From an uncultured archaeon (GTDB lineage: Archaea; Nanobdellota; Nanobdellia; Woesearchaeales; CAIVOO01), in NCBI GenBank assembly GCA_903904885.1, contig CAIVED010000037.1, positions 2,032-66,031 on the forward strand: DNA of 64,000 bases, in the 5' to 3' direction. Position 1 is the stretch's first letter. Every line of letters begins with the position of its first letter. Below the pieces are notes generated by a model. It saw nothing but the letters and a program-made list of their open reading frames with translations, made no database searches and had not been told where the DNA came from. Of the stretch, positions 17,136 through 26,335 are shown piece by piece. The translations under genes and the position numbers were made by a program.

Positions 17136-18446
17136 TTAATATCTCAACTTCACGCTTCGCTTGTCCCTGCTGAAGACAAGCTCCTCTATATTATATGTGC
17201 CGTATTTCGGCGCCTCTGTAGAACCTTCCCAGGCGGCTTCTGCCAGTATTCCCTTGTCAAGCCACTCGAAAAGCCATTCCTCTGCATATTTCGGGTCCTC
17301 CTGCGGGAATCCTGTGCCCATCTGAACAAGCCACTGCTCGTTGAACTTTTCATGGGCTCCCAGGGGAGGGGTTGTTATTACCGGCAAGCCCAGCGCGGTG
17401 TAGAAAACAAGCTCGCTGGGCTTTGTCCAGAGTATGTCAGTAGTGTGCAAAAGCTCATTGAATTTTTCAAAATGGCTTTTCTTGTCCAGTTCGCAGACAA
17501 TGTTTACATACCTGCCAATCTCCTGTTCAAGATGCAATTCCGAGACAATCTTCCTGAAATACTGGGCCACCTCAAGCCTTGTCCCGGCGACAAGATTTAT
17601 CCTGATTTGATGGTATTTTATCTTATTCTTCAGGCTTCTCATTACATCCCCGCCAATCTCCTTCTGTGCACCTGCCCCTCCGACGACAAATGTGAGTGTC
17701 AGCGGATGGAAACTTTTTGTTTTGTAATTTTTTCCCAGGTTTTTTTCAATTGTTTCCTTGTATCTTGCTGTGTAAACTTTCTTGGGGTCCAGATTCGGAA
17801 GCCGCTCGCCCAGGTCTTTCCTAAGAATTTCCATGTTCCCGCCGGTGTTTTCCTTAGGCAAGGGGAATCCTGTAAAGAAAACATTCTCCTTCGGGACGCC
17901 ATATTCAATCAGCCTCTTTGCGCTGTGCTCTGTGGGAGCAAGATAAAATATCCTGTCCAGCCTTGGGAATTCAGGAACCCAAATCCGGTTTATGTCAGTG
18001 TCTGTAACAACGCAGTAAACATCCTTCAGCCCGATATGGGCAGCAGCGAGGGCGGGCGCAAAAAAAGTGCTTATTATGGGAATGTCTTTTTTTCTCATGT
18101 AGTCAACAATGCTGCCTATAAAGTTCTTGTTGATCAGATAATGCATAAACATGGAGCCGACATTCGGCTTTGACAGGTCGCGAAAGGGGTAATAGGGAGA
18201 TATTGCCTGGAATTTGTCATACATCCTCCAGAAGAATTTCAAAAAAGGCGTGTTGCTGAATCTTGAAAGCCCCTCATAATAGGTCCTCAGCCTCTGCCAT
18301 TGCTTTTTCTCGTTTTCAGTCACAATCTTGTCGCTGTTCGCAGTGATTATCCTTTCATAGGCGATGTCTTTAAGCGGGTAGGCTGCCCGCTGGTGGCCGT
18401 AGCCCATGTCAACGGATACGACCCATGCCCTTTTTTCAGAAGCCAT
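17136..18446 (-). CDS. GT-B fold glycosyltransferase-like protein (MGDG synthase/GT28-like)
   Basis: VSVDMGYGHQRAA, FFTGFPL, TDILWTKPSEL, PPLGAHE. Start moved to ATG 18446 because the track ORF overlaps tRNA-Ile. Confidence 0.75.
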   Translation of the reverse strand: MASEKRAWVVSVDMGYGHQRAAYPLKDIAYERIITANSDKIVTENEKKQWQRLRTYYEGLSRFSNTPFLKFFWRMYDKFQAISPYYPFRDLSKPNVGSMFMHYLINKNFIGSIVDYMRKKDIPIISTFFAPALAAAHIGLKDVYCVVTDTDINRIWVPEFPRLDRIFYLAPTEHSAKRLIEYGVPKENVFFTGFPLPKENTGGNMEILRKDLGERLPNLDPKKVYTARYKETIEKNLGKNYKTKSFHPLTLTFVVGGAGAQKEIGGDVMRSLKNKIKYHQIRINLVAGTRLEVAQYFRKIVSELHLEQEIGRYVNIVCELDKKSHFEKFNELLHTTDILWTKPSELVFYTALGLPVITTPPLGAHEKFNEQWLVQMGTGFPQEDPKYAEEWLFEWLDKGILAEAAWEGSTEAPKYGTYNIEELVFSRDKRSVKLRY

Positions 18447-18527
18447 GGGGGTATTAATTGAAGATGCTTTATAAATTTTTTCAGACGCGAAATCTTTATA
18501 AACAAACTGCCTAATTTCCCCTATCGT

Positions 18528-18659
18528 GAGCCCGTAGCTCAGCCCGGTGCAAAGTCGCAGCTGGCGGCTAGCTGGCAATTAGAGCGCTGGTCTTATATGT
18601 CCACGTTTTAAACACACTAAGACAGCCAGTGGTCGGGAGTTCAAATCTCCTCGGGCTCA
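18528..18659 (+). tRNA. tRNA-Ile(TAT) with 26-nt 37/38 intron and ~31-nt D-loop insertion
   Basis: GAGCCCG/CGGGCTC acceptor, anticodon TAT at 18594-18596, intron at 18598-18623 with CTTA/TAAG BHB helix, and TTCAAAT T-loop. Confidence 0.85.
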
Positions 18660-18669
18660 TCAAACAAAG

Positions 18670-18757
18670 GCAAAATGCCGATGAGCTTGCGAGTCGGCAC
18701 TTTTGCATTTTTTGATGCTCCATAATTCCGATGAGCTTGCGAGTCGGAATTATGAGG
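18670..18757. repeat. two hairpins with identical 20-nt core
   Basis: CCGATGAGCTTGCGAGTCGG at 18678-18697 and 18728-18747, each with a different self-complementary flank. Confidence 0.8.
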
Positions 18758-18760
18758 CAT

Positions 18761-19798
18761 CTATTTCTTCTCATACTTCATTCTGCTGAAGCGCATTTCA
18801 GCTGCCCTGAGAATTTTATAGAGAACATTAGATGCGTAGCACATTACAGACTGTTCCTCGCCAAGCATGTAAGCTATTGAAAGATGGCTGTCATCACTCA
18901 CGCCGCAGTTTGGATTCACTTCCATAAGTTTTGGCTTTCCGAACCTGTCAAGCCGCCAGTCGATGCGAGCGTAGTCCCTGCAGCCAAACTCGCGAAACAT
19001 TCTCAGGGAATGGATTACTGCAGTTTCCTGCGCCTCCAGGCTGAATTCAGGGTATTTTGAATGGGTGCCTTTAAAGTGGTCCGGGTCCCACTTCACGCGC
19101 TGGGAAATCATGCCCTCATCTTCCAAATCCTCCTCAAGAACGCGGGTTTCGAGATAAAACGGATTGCCTATGATCGCTACTGTGAATTCGTTTCCAGGAA
19201 GGTATTCTTCCACAAGAATGTCATTTCGCGCGTTTGCACTGGATAACACGCCTCTCAGCCATGCAACCTGCCTCGTGTAATCCTGACGGGTATGCACAAT
19301 ATTTTCCTTTACTATCCCGAAGCTCCCGTCGCCGAAAACCGGCTTTATGAATGCGGGAAAGTCGAACGGGGGCATAGTAACAAGGTCGTTTCCAGACAGA
19401 ACTATGCCTCGCGTTACAGGGACGTCAAGCCCGAACGCCTTTTTTTTAACCTCCGATTTGTTATAGCAAAACCGCAGGCATTCACTGCCGGCACCGGTGA
19501 ACAGCACCCTGTTTTCCTCAAGGGCATCTGTGATGTCTGCCTCCCGTTCAGGGTCGTTGTACAGTCCCTCGTCGCAGAAATTAATTGCATAATCAACTCT
19601 GCCCGGGAAACCCGCAATATCCCGAAGTATGGTTGAGTGATTGCCAAAATATTGAAACCTGTGGCCCGGAATCATCGCAAGAGCCCGCTTCATAGTCCTA
19701 ATTACCTTAAGGTCTTCAGGCTGAAAACGCCCGCCATGTTTTACACGGTCCTCGAGCCCCTTGTCTCCTAGCAGGACTGCAACTTCAATGGTTTTCAT
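18761..19798 (-). CDS. ATP-grasp ligase, D-Ala-D-Ala ligase-like
   Basis: NFCDEG, FTGAG..CYNK, FIKPVFGDGSFG, VEEYLPGNEFTV, CRDYARIDWR, MEVNPNCG. Confidence 0.85.
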   Translation of the reverse strand: MKTIEVAVLLGDKGLEDRVKHGGRFQPEDLKVIRTMKRALAMIPGHRFQYFGNHSTILRDIAGFPGRVDYAINFCDEGLYNDPEREADITDALEENRVLFTGAGSECLRFCYNKSEVKKKAFGLDVPVTRGIVLSGNDLVTMPPFDFPAFIKPVFGDGSFGIVKENIVHTRQDYTRQVAWLRGVLSSANARNDILVEEYLPGNEFTVAIIGNPFYLETRVLEEDLEDEGMISQRVKWDPDHFKGTHSKYPEFSLEAQETAVIHSLRMFREFGCRDYARIDWRLDRFGKPKLMEVNPNCGVSDDSHLSIAYMLGEEQSVMCYASNVLYKILRAAEMRFSRMKYEKK

Positions 19799-19906
19799 GT
19801 GCAATATAACAAAGGAAAGGCTTAAATCTCTTTCCCAAAAGCGAGGTTGTAATCTCTTTAATAGTAGTAAAATATATAAACTACCTTTTTTTGAAAATGC
19901 CCCATT

Positions 19907-21469
19907 GTGAAATCTAAGTATCTAAAGTCCAAAGGCAAACATAGGGCTGAAGAGAGCCAAAAAAGCCCAGACACATTTAATTATGCTGATGCCAGGGAGT
20001 TTCTGGAAGATGTAGAGGGAGAAACAGCCCAGCTCATTAAAAATAACCGGTTCACCCGGCTCAAGCAGGGGCTGGACAGGGAATCAAAGGCACTCGAAAA
20101 AGCAATAGATGATGAAACAATAACTGCATCAAGCATAAAATCCCGCCTTGACTCATTAAAGGAAAAAGCCAGAATAATCAGCGAGAATGAAAGGATTGTT
20201 CATGCAGCCAGAATTGCTGTTACAGACTTCCTAAATCCGCTTATACACGGAAATTTTGAATTTATTGCTTTTGAATATCCTATTGAAGACATGCTTCTTA
20301 ACCCTGCTCTCGCCAGATGGGCAGAAACCTCAGCAAAAGGATTTCCTGTTGGAGAAAGAATAGGTGCTACCTTTTTGCCCATGGACCACCACAGCGCTTT
20401 CTCAGGCCCTGCGGTTTTGAGGGGTTATTTTTATTCACCTGGGGAAGAAGGGCTGAGAAGATTTGGCATACCCCTGATTTACAATCCTGCAGCCGGCAGG
20501 GAGGCTGGGGAATTTGGCCGCCGCATGCTAAAGGAGAATTTTGCAGTTATGAGAGATGAAAAATGGATCCATAGCGTCATGGCAAACCGCGCAGAAATAG
20601 CATTTAAGTATTACGTTGGGCTTATTAAAGAATTGTCCAATTATGCCCAAACATTCCAGAAAAATTTCAATGCACTGACTCCTAGGAAAATCCTTGCAAG
20701 GCAAAGAAGACTGCCTAAGGAAGCGGAAAAAACAGATAGGCCATACGACCTCCAGATAGGCAGAGGAAAATACCTGCCGATTCAGGAGCAGGAATTTAAC
20801 AGCCTCTGGGCAGTCAGGGGAGACTGGGAGAGCCCCGTATTCAGGCACTCCGGGAATGAAACCGCATCTTATCTTTACAGCACCAACCGTAAAAAAGCCC
20901 TGAACTGGGCCAACATCCCAATCAGGGAAGTTGTGCACCCAAACACGCTGGAAGCCATTGCAAACAACGGATTTGAACAGGGCGTTTTTTTCACCAGCGA
21001 CGGAAACATATTCCGGGGGGATATGGCAGACTTGGTCAACCTCATATTCATATACGCAACATGCAACAATGTCCCGCCTGACAAAAATACCCGAAATGCA
21101 ATGACATACATAGGAAAGCAGCGTTACGGAAGGCATTCGCGAAAGGCAGTACCAAGAGACTGGGGTTTTGAATATCTTGACGGGTTAGAAGGCTGCAGCC
21201 AAAAAGAGATACTTGGAATAAATGCTGAAGGATGCTGCTTTATAGCATATCATTTTCCTGATAAAAACGCAGTTGTTGTTGAACCGAGCCTCAAGCCAGC
21301 AGCAACCTATGTTTTCGACGGTGACAGGTTTAAAACGCTCAGGCATGTGGACATACAGACTTTGAGAAAAATGAAACCAGATGGATTCAGGGGCAAGGTG
21401 GATCACAGGGAAGAAGAGCAAAGAAAATATCGCTGGTCTGAGGGAGTTAGCGGGCTTATCAACCAGTAA
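19907..21469 (+). CDS. hypothetical protein (520 aa)
   Basis: Long GTG-start ORF with an N-terminal coiled coil and no motif recognised. Confidence 0.7.
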   Translation: MKSKYLKSKGKHRAEESQKSPDTFNYADAREFLEDVEGETAQLIKNNRFTRLKQGLDRESKALEKAIDDETITASSIKSRLDSLKEKARIISENERIVHAARIAVTDFLNPLIHGNFEFIAFEYPIEDMLLNPALARWAETSAKGFPVGERIGATFLPMDHHSAFSGPAVLRGYFYSPGEEGLRRFGIPLIYNPAAGREAGEFGRRMLKENFAVMRDEKWIHSVMANRAEIAFKYYVGLIKELSNYAQTFQKNFNALTPRKILARQRRLPKEAEKTDRPYDLQIGRGKYLPIQEQEFNSLWAVRGDWESPVFRHSGNETASYLYSTNRKKALNWANIPIREVVHPNTLEAIANNGFEQGVFFTSDGNIFRGDMADLVNLIFIYATCNNVPPDKNTRNAMTYIGKQRYGRHSRKAVPRDWGFEYLDGLEGCSQKEILGINAEGCCFIAYHFPDKNAVVVEPSLKPAATYVFDGDRFKTLRHVDIQTLRKMKPDGFRGKVDHREEEQRKYRWSEGVSGLINQ

Positions 21470-21494
21470 TCCATACCGGAAATCTTTCATTTTC

Positions 21495-21734
21495 ATGAGC
21501 GTTGGGGAACACATACATGTATTTACAACATCAGAATGCAATTTAAACTGTAGCTATTGCTTTGGTCCGAATACGAAATATTCTGATTCCAGGCTTCCTG
21601 AGATTGCCGAGATTCTTGCACAGAATGAAGTTAAGATGGTAACCGCGGGAGGGGGAGAGCCGCGCCTGGTGCTTACATTAAAAAGCACAACCTTTAAAAA
21701 CCACCATTTTTCTTTTAAACCAATGCCCCTGTAG
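21495..21734 (+). pseudogene. truncated radical SAM gene remnant
   Basis: CNLNCSYC and GGGEP, then the frame loses similarity and runs through the tRNA-Glu promoter to a stop inside the tRNA. Confidence 0.7.
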
Positions 21735-21820
21735 TGTAGTCCGGTCAATCATGCCGCCCTTTCAATTCGGGAAACCGACAAAGCAAGGCGGCGACTCGGG
21801 TTCAAATCCCGGCGGGGGCA
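21725..21820 (+). tRNA. tRNA-Glu(TTC) with 21-nt intron at 37/38
   Basis: GCCCCTG/CGGGGGC acceptor, CCGCC/GGCGG stem, intron at 21765-21785 with CTTT/AAAG BHB helix and a GAAA tetraloop. Confidence 0.93.
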
Positions 21821-21868
21821 TATTATCTTAATAACATTTTAAGTATTTATTTGTTTTTCGGCATCATC

Positions 21869-23215
21869 ATGGCAGAGCAGGCACTCGAGGAAAGAATCAA
21901 TGACCTGAAGGATGACATTATAAGGTATGACTTTGCCGCAGACATAGTTGTCAGAATAAGGGAAAGCGAGAATATCACCCCCTTGGTTATACCTGCAATT
22001 GATGAGCTTGTCAGGTTATACTGCAGAGCAGGCAAGATAAGGAGAAAAAATAGCGTTATAGTGGTTGAAGGGAACTATTCCGCCAGAATCAATCCAGTCC
22101 ACACCTTGGGCAGACGCGTCCCTTCAACTGAATATAAGATTACACTTTTCAATAGGCGTTATTTACTCAAGGTCTTCTCAGGCTTTAAGGACTTCCCGAT
22201 TGATGTCAAAATAAGGCTGAAAAAAGGGAATCTTGAATTCGATTGGGACCTTGATGGGAATAAGCATACAAAGAGCTACAGCAAAAATGATTTCTTCTAT
22301 TACCAATTTCTCTCAGGGGATAGGCTCATCAATTCGAGCGGTGCTGCAATCAAGAGAACCCGCACGAATGGCCGTCTCAGGATAGGCAGCGATTACTGCA
22401 TATTGGGGGAGTCTAGTGGAGACCAGGACATCCTTGTTGTTTTCAGCAGAGGACATGTCTACCATTTCGATTTTTTCGGCAGAAGAATTCTTCCAGCCAT
22501 AGGCTCTCTTGAAAGGATTGAAACAAGAAAGATGATTAAGACATCGGATACTTGCGACAGAATGAAGAATCTCGACCTAGACGATTGGACGGAGAAACTC
22601 TTCAAGCAGGTTGTGCAGAGATGGCTTGATCGCCCTTTAGATTTCCAGATGAGTGCAGTTAATATAATAACTTACGGGGAATTTGCCGTGAAGACATCCA
22701 AGGCAGGTATCATCCCTTGGTACAATCACCGGCGAGATGGATCTGGCAGGAGAAACTATGCAATCAATGTTGGATATGACTGCCCATACAAGAGTGTTGT
22801 ACTGAAAGTAAAGGGGAACTATGTTTCTGTCCACGATAAGGAAGAGGTGCTCAATGCACACTGCCTGCCAGCCCCCCTCACTTTTGGCAGTCTGGGAAGA
22901 AGGTATCATATTGCGGACGATATTGGCATAATCTCAGTGAAGACATTGGAAATGAACATAACCCATCCGCGTGATAAACATGGGCTGTTTGTGGGGAGAC
23001 AGGAGTATCAATTCGGTACGGCTCATCTCAAATACGTCTTGGGATGCCCGATTGATAGCTTTGACAGGGCGGGCATTGTTGGGTTCAGAAACGGCAGGAA
23101 TACTTCATTCATAATTCTGGCAAAGAGGGGAGCTGACCTGTTTTCTTTTGATGTTGAGCATACAGGTGTTAAGGACACAGATTATCAGGGAATAAACCGC
23201 AAGATTTTAAAATAG
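21869..23215 (+). CDS. hypothetical protein (~448 aa)
   Basis: Long, apparently beta-rich ORF with no motif recognised. Confidence 0.7.
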   Translation: MAEQALEERINDLKDDIIRYDFAADIVVRIRESENITPLVIPAIDELVRLYCRAGKIRRKNSVIVVEGNYSARINPVHTLGRRVPSTEYKITLFNRRYLLKVFSGFKDFPIDVKIRLKKGNLEFDWDLDGNKHTKSYSKNDFFYYQFLSGDRLINSSGAAIKRTRTNGRLRIGSDYCILGESSGDQDILVVFSRGHVYHFDFFGRRILPAIGSLERIETRKMIKTSDTCDRMKNLDLDDWTEKLFKQVVQRWLDRPLDFQMSAVNIITYGEFAVKTSKAGIIPWYNHRRDGSGRRNYAINVGYDCPYKSVVLKVKGNYVSVHDKEEVLNAHCLPAPLTFGSLGRRYHIADDIGIISVKTLEMNITHPRDKHGLFVGRQEYQFGTAHLKYVLGCPIDSFDRAGIVGFRNGRNTSFIILAKRGADLFSFDVEHTGVKDTDYQGINRKILK

Positions 23216-23247
23216 TCGTTCAAAAAGCACAAACAAGGCGAAATATC

Positions 23248-23397
23248 GTGGTAACAGTTGAAGAGAGACTGAAAAACAAGAAGCTCACAGATTTTGAAGG
23301 CCTGTATGAGTTTGTTGTTTCAAATTCTGTAAAGGGAACGAAGCAGATGAAAAAGCAGAAGAGTGAGGAAAACAACAGGGCATTGTTTGAATTCTGA
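23248..23397 (+). CDS. small hypothetical protein (49 aa)
   Basis: Hand translation from GTG 23248, with TGATG coupling to the next gene. Confidence 0.4.
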   Translation: MVTVEERLKNKKLTDFEGLYEFVVSNSVKGTKQMKKQKSEENNRALFEF

Positions 23398-23864
23398 TGA
23401 AACAGCTGACAACACTGAAGGACTGCATCGAATGCAAGGATTGCTGCTATTACCACAGGCATTATCTCGGGCTGAGCACAATTCTCGAGAAGAACGCAAG
23501 GTTCACAAAAAAGGAGAAAGAAAAGCTGGTTGACAAAGGGAAATTTTACCAGGCAAAATGCGAGAGAAAAAAATCATTGAATTATTTTTTCTGCGATTTC
23601 AAGGATGGCGATTTGTGCCAATTGAAGGAAAAACGGCCGTTCGGCTGCAAATTGTACCCGTTCAATGTGATGAAAAACAGGGAAGGGAAACCTGTTGTCG
23701 GACTCGACAGGGACTGCCTGGGAATAAAAAACAAGACAGAGAAGCAGATAAAAGATTATGTTAAATATCTTAAGCCATTGCTTAAAAAAACAATTAAATC
23801 AAAACCATATTATGTTGAAGAATTCCAGGAAGAACTGGAGGTTATTGACTGTTTATTTCCCTAG
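23397..23864 (+). CDS. YkgJ-like Zn/Fe-chelating cysteine cluster protein
   Basis: CIECKDCC, FFCDF..LCQLKEKRPFGCKLYPF. Confidence 0.8.
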   Translation: MKQLTTLKDCIECKDCCYYHRHYLGLSTILEKNARFTKKEKEKLVDKGKFYQAKCERKKSLNYFFCDFKDGDLCQLKEKRPFGCKLYPFNVMKNREGKPVVGLDRDCLGIKNKTEKQIKDYVKYLKPLLKKTIKSKPYYVEEFQEELEVIDCLFP

Positions 23865-23935
23865 CAGTTATTTAACTACCACTAAGTGGTTAAAAACGAA
23901 AGATTTAAATACTCCTTCTTTTTTATCTTAATCCT

Positions 23936-24568
23936 ATGACAAATGAGATCGTTTTAGCAACACCTGGAGAAATATTCTCTAACCGCCCAATCATAGCATA
24001 CGACACGCTAAATGAAGCCGGCAAAATTACTGGAACAGACCCGGAAGAACTAAAGAAGAGGATAATGTTATTCGGCTTTTTAAGAGCAACAGGTTACACT
24101 TTAGTACAAGATCCTCCACGTCAAGATGGAATAATCGAAACTGTAAAAAAAGCGCCAGCCGGAGAGACTTACAAGTTTAATGCAAATGGAGGAATTATGA
24201 CCTTATCTGACAATGAAGGAGACATGTTTGTCAGGCCATACTTGGCAGTTAATGACTTCATGGATTTTTTGAGAAAATTGGGTTATGGATCGAGTTGTCA
24301 TGTAGGCACGATGATTGGACATATGATATATGCAGATAACTCCCTTCAAGATACGTATGATACTTTACAATTTTATTCCACTGCCGTAGAAGAGATGCTT
24401 GAGCAACTGAAAGAAGCGGGGGCTGATGCAAGTGTATTATTTCAGATGGCCCCTGAAACCGGAGGAGTAAAAATAGGAAGAAGGATATTTATCCCCGGAG
24501 ATATCAGTCAGAAAATAATTCAGATACCTGATTTTTCAATAACTGGTTTTCCTCAACTTCCAATGTGA
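23936..24568 (+). CDS. hypothetical protein
   Basis: 210 aa ORF with an upstream AGATTTAAAT TATA. Confidence 0.65.
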   Translation: MTNEIVLATPGEIFSNRPIIAYDTLNEAGKITGTDPEELKKRIMLFGFLRATGYTLVQDPPRQDGIIETVKKAPAGETYKFNANGGIMTLSDNEGDMFVRPYLAVNDFMDFLRKLGYGSSCHVGTMIGHMIYADNSLQDTYDTLQFYSTAVEEMLEQLKEAGADASVLFQMAPETGGVKIGRRIFIPGDISQKIIQIPDFSITGFPQLPM

Positions 24569-24570
24569 GT

Positions 24571-25245
24571 TCAGAACATCTTCTTCACAACATCAAGCGT
24601 ATAGAGAATTATCGCGTGCGCCTGCTCCTTGGACGGACTAAACGGCTCCTGCTTCTTGTGCACAGAATAAATCCTGACCTGGTTGATTAAATGAATCTGC
24701 TCGCTGATTCCCGGGTCGAAATTAAACTGCAGTTCCTTCATCTTTGCCACAAGATTCCCCAAACCTATTCCCGGGCTTGTCTCGAGAATATCCCTGCCAG
24801 TTATTTCATAGTATTTCCTGTGCAAAGCTGTTTCAAGAATCCTGCCGCAGAGGATTATTGTTGACCTGTAGCATTCATTCTCAAAGCATTTGTGCAGCTC
24901 TGCCAAATCCGCGTTCACCTCCTCTTTTATCTCAAAGGGAACTCTTGGAATTGAAAAACCCAGTTTCAGCTTTTCCTTTTTCTCCTCTTTCTCCTTGCCT
25001 TTAATTTCGTCAAGAAGAGGCAGCATTTCGCTTAGCCTGTTTTCCTTGTAAAGCTTCCAAAGCTTCAGATAGCTGTCCTCCCCAACGCTGGTTCTTATCT
25101 TATTCAGGGAGCTCTCAACAAGCTTCTTGTAATATTCAGCTCTTTGGTCTTTATAATTGCTGATATCAAACTTATCCTTAGCAATATCAAGCCTAGACGC
25201 AATTACCGCCTTTATCGCGCTGTATGCCTCTTCAGAATGTTTCAT
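24571..25245 (-). CDS. DUF4145-like (HEPN-related) domain protein
   Basis: CFENECYRSTIILCGRILETAL, NQVRIYSVH. Confidence 0.7.
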   Translation of the reverse strand: MKHSEEAYSAIKAVIASRLDIAKDKFDISNYKDQRAEYYKKLVESSLNKIRTSVGEDSYLKLWKLYKENRLSEMLPLLDEIKGKEKEEKKEKLKLGFSIPRVPFEIKEEVNADLAELHKCFENECYRSTIILCGRILETALHRKYYEITGRDILETSPGIGLGNLVAKMKELQFNFDPGISEQIHLINQVRIYSVHKKQEPFSPSKEQAHAIILYTLDVVKKMF

Positions 25246-25270
25246 GGCAATAGGAAAACAGAATGGATAT

Positions 25271-26302
25271 TTATGCTTTTCCTGTGGTGCTTATAAGGTA
25301 CTTGCTTCCGTCCGACATAATCATAACCGTGCCCTGCTCCTTGCTGTAAATCTTGACTCCCTCGGGCTTTATGCTGTCCTTGGTTAAATTGTCGTAGACA
25401 ATTATCTTAGGAGACACCGCGGAAATGATGTCCTCAGGAACATAGCCATGAACGCTAAGCACATCCGCATCTAGGCCTGAATTCTTTATTTGGTCCCAGC
25501 AAACATCCCTGCAGTCTCCAAGGAAAAGGAATGAAGCGTCCTCAAATTCCAGCTTGTATACAATTGTGTCATTTGCAGGATTCCCGTTTGACATGCCTTC
25601 CTCATAGGGAACAAATGCGCTTAGCTTAAGGCCATCCTCAATGTCAAAGACCCTGCTTTCTGTCATCGGTATTGAAGGGTATGAATATGCCTTTGCATAA
25701 TTTCTGTAGCTCCTGAATCCTGTGTAGGCGGTAGAGTAATCTATTGCTGTTGCGTATGACTGCGAGTTGTTGAAGTTGAAAATTATGCTGGAAAGCGCCC
25801 CTGAATTGGCACTGTCCGCATTTGAATCAAAAATATATTCAAACTTGGATATTCCCTTGGCCAGCAGATATTTTACAAGCCTGAGCCCGTCATTGTTCTT
25901 GCCCCCGTCGATAATGATATTTTTCTTCGTAGGGGTTCGGATAAGTATGGAATTTCCCCCGAGGTCTATGAAATCCACTGTAAGATTCCTTACACGCTCA
26001 GAATTCGTTGCGGCAGGAACAGATGAATTTTCGGTTTCGTTTGATGTGGTATTAGCTGTTAAATTAGATGAATTTGAAGAAAGGTTTGCTGAAATATTCG
26101 ATGAGATATTGGCTGAAATATTAGCAGATATATTTGAGGAAATATTCGCGGTCACGTTTGGGGTTGTGTTCTGCGGGGCAGGAACAGTTACATTTGCAGT
26201 TACATTTGTCCTGTTTATCCTGACAACCTTTATTGTCTCATTTCCTGCGCAGCCGGCTACCAAAATCGCTATCACCAACGCCAGGATGACAAATTTTCTC
26301 AT
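25271..26302 (-). CDS. ComEC/Rec2-like metallo-beta-lactamase-fold lipoprotein, metal ligands degenerate
   Basis: VAGC lipobox, Asn/Ser linker, VDFIDLGGNSILIRTP, IIDGG, NDTIVYKLEFEDASFLFLGD. The HxHxDH motif is absent. Confidence 0.75.
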   Translation of the reverse strand: MRKFVILALVIAILVAGCAGNETIKVVRINRTNVTANVTVPAPQNTTPNVTANISSNISANISANISSNISANLSSNSSNLTANTTSNETENSSVPAATNSERVRNLTVDFIDLGGNSILIRTPTKKNIIIDGGKNNDGLRLVKYLLAKGISKFEYIFDSNADSANSGALSSIIFNFNNSQSYATAIDYSTAYTGFRSYRNYAKAYSYPSIPMTESRVFDIEDGLKLSAFVPYEEGMSNGNPANDTIVYKLEFEDASFLFLGDCRDVCWDQIKNSGLDADVLSVHGYVPEDIISAVSPKIIVYDNLTKDSIKPEGVKIYSKEQGTVMIMSDGSKYLISTTGKA

Positions 26303-26335
26303 AACATTTAAAAATTGGGGTTATTTATAAAGCTT

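Noticed and set aside
18447-18578. N-terminal extension of the glycosyltransferase ORF in the track
   Set aside because: It overlaps tRNA-Ile and its promoter. The family-like sequence begins at ATG 18446.
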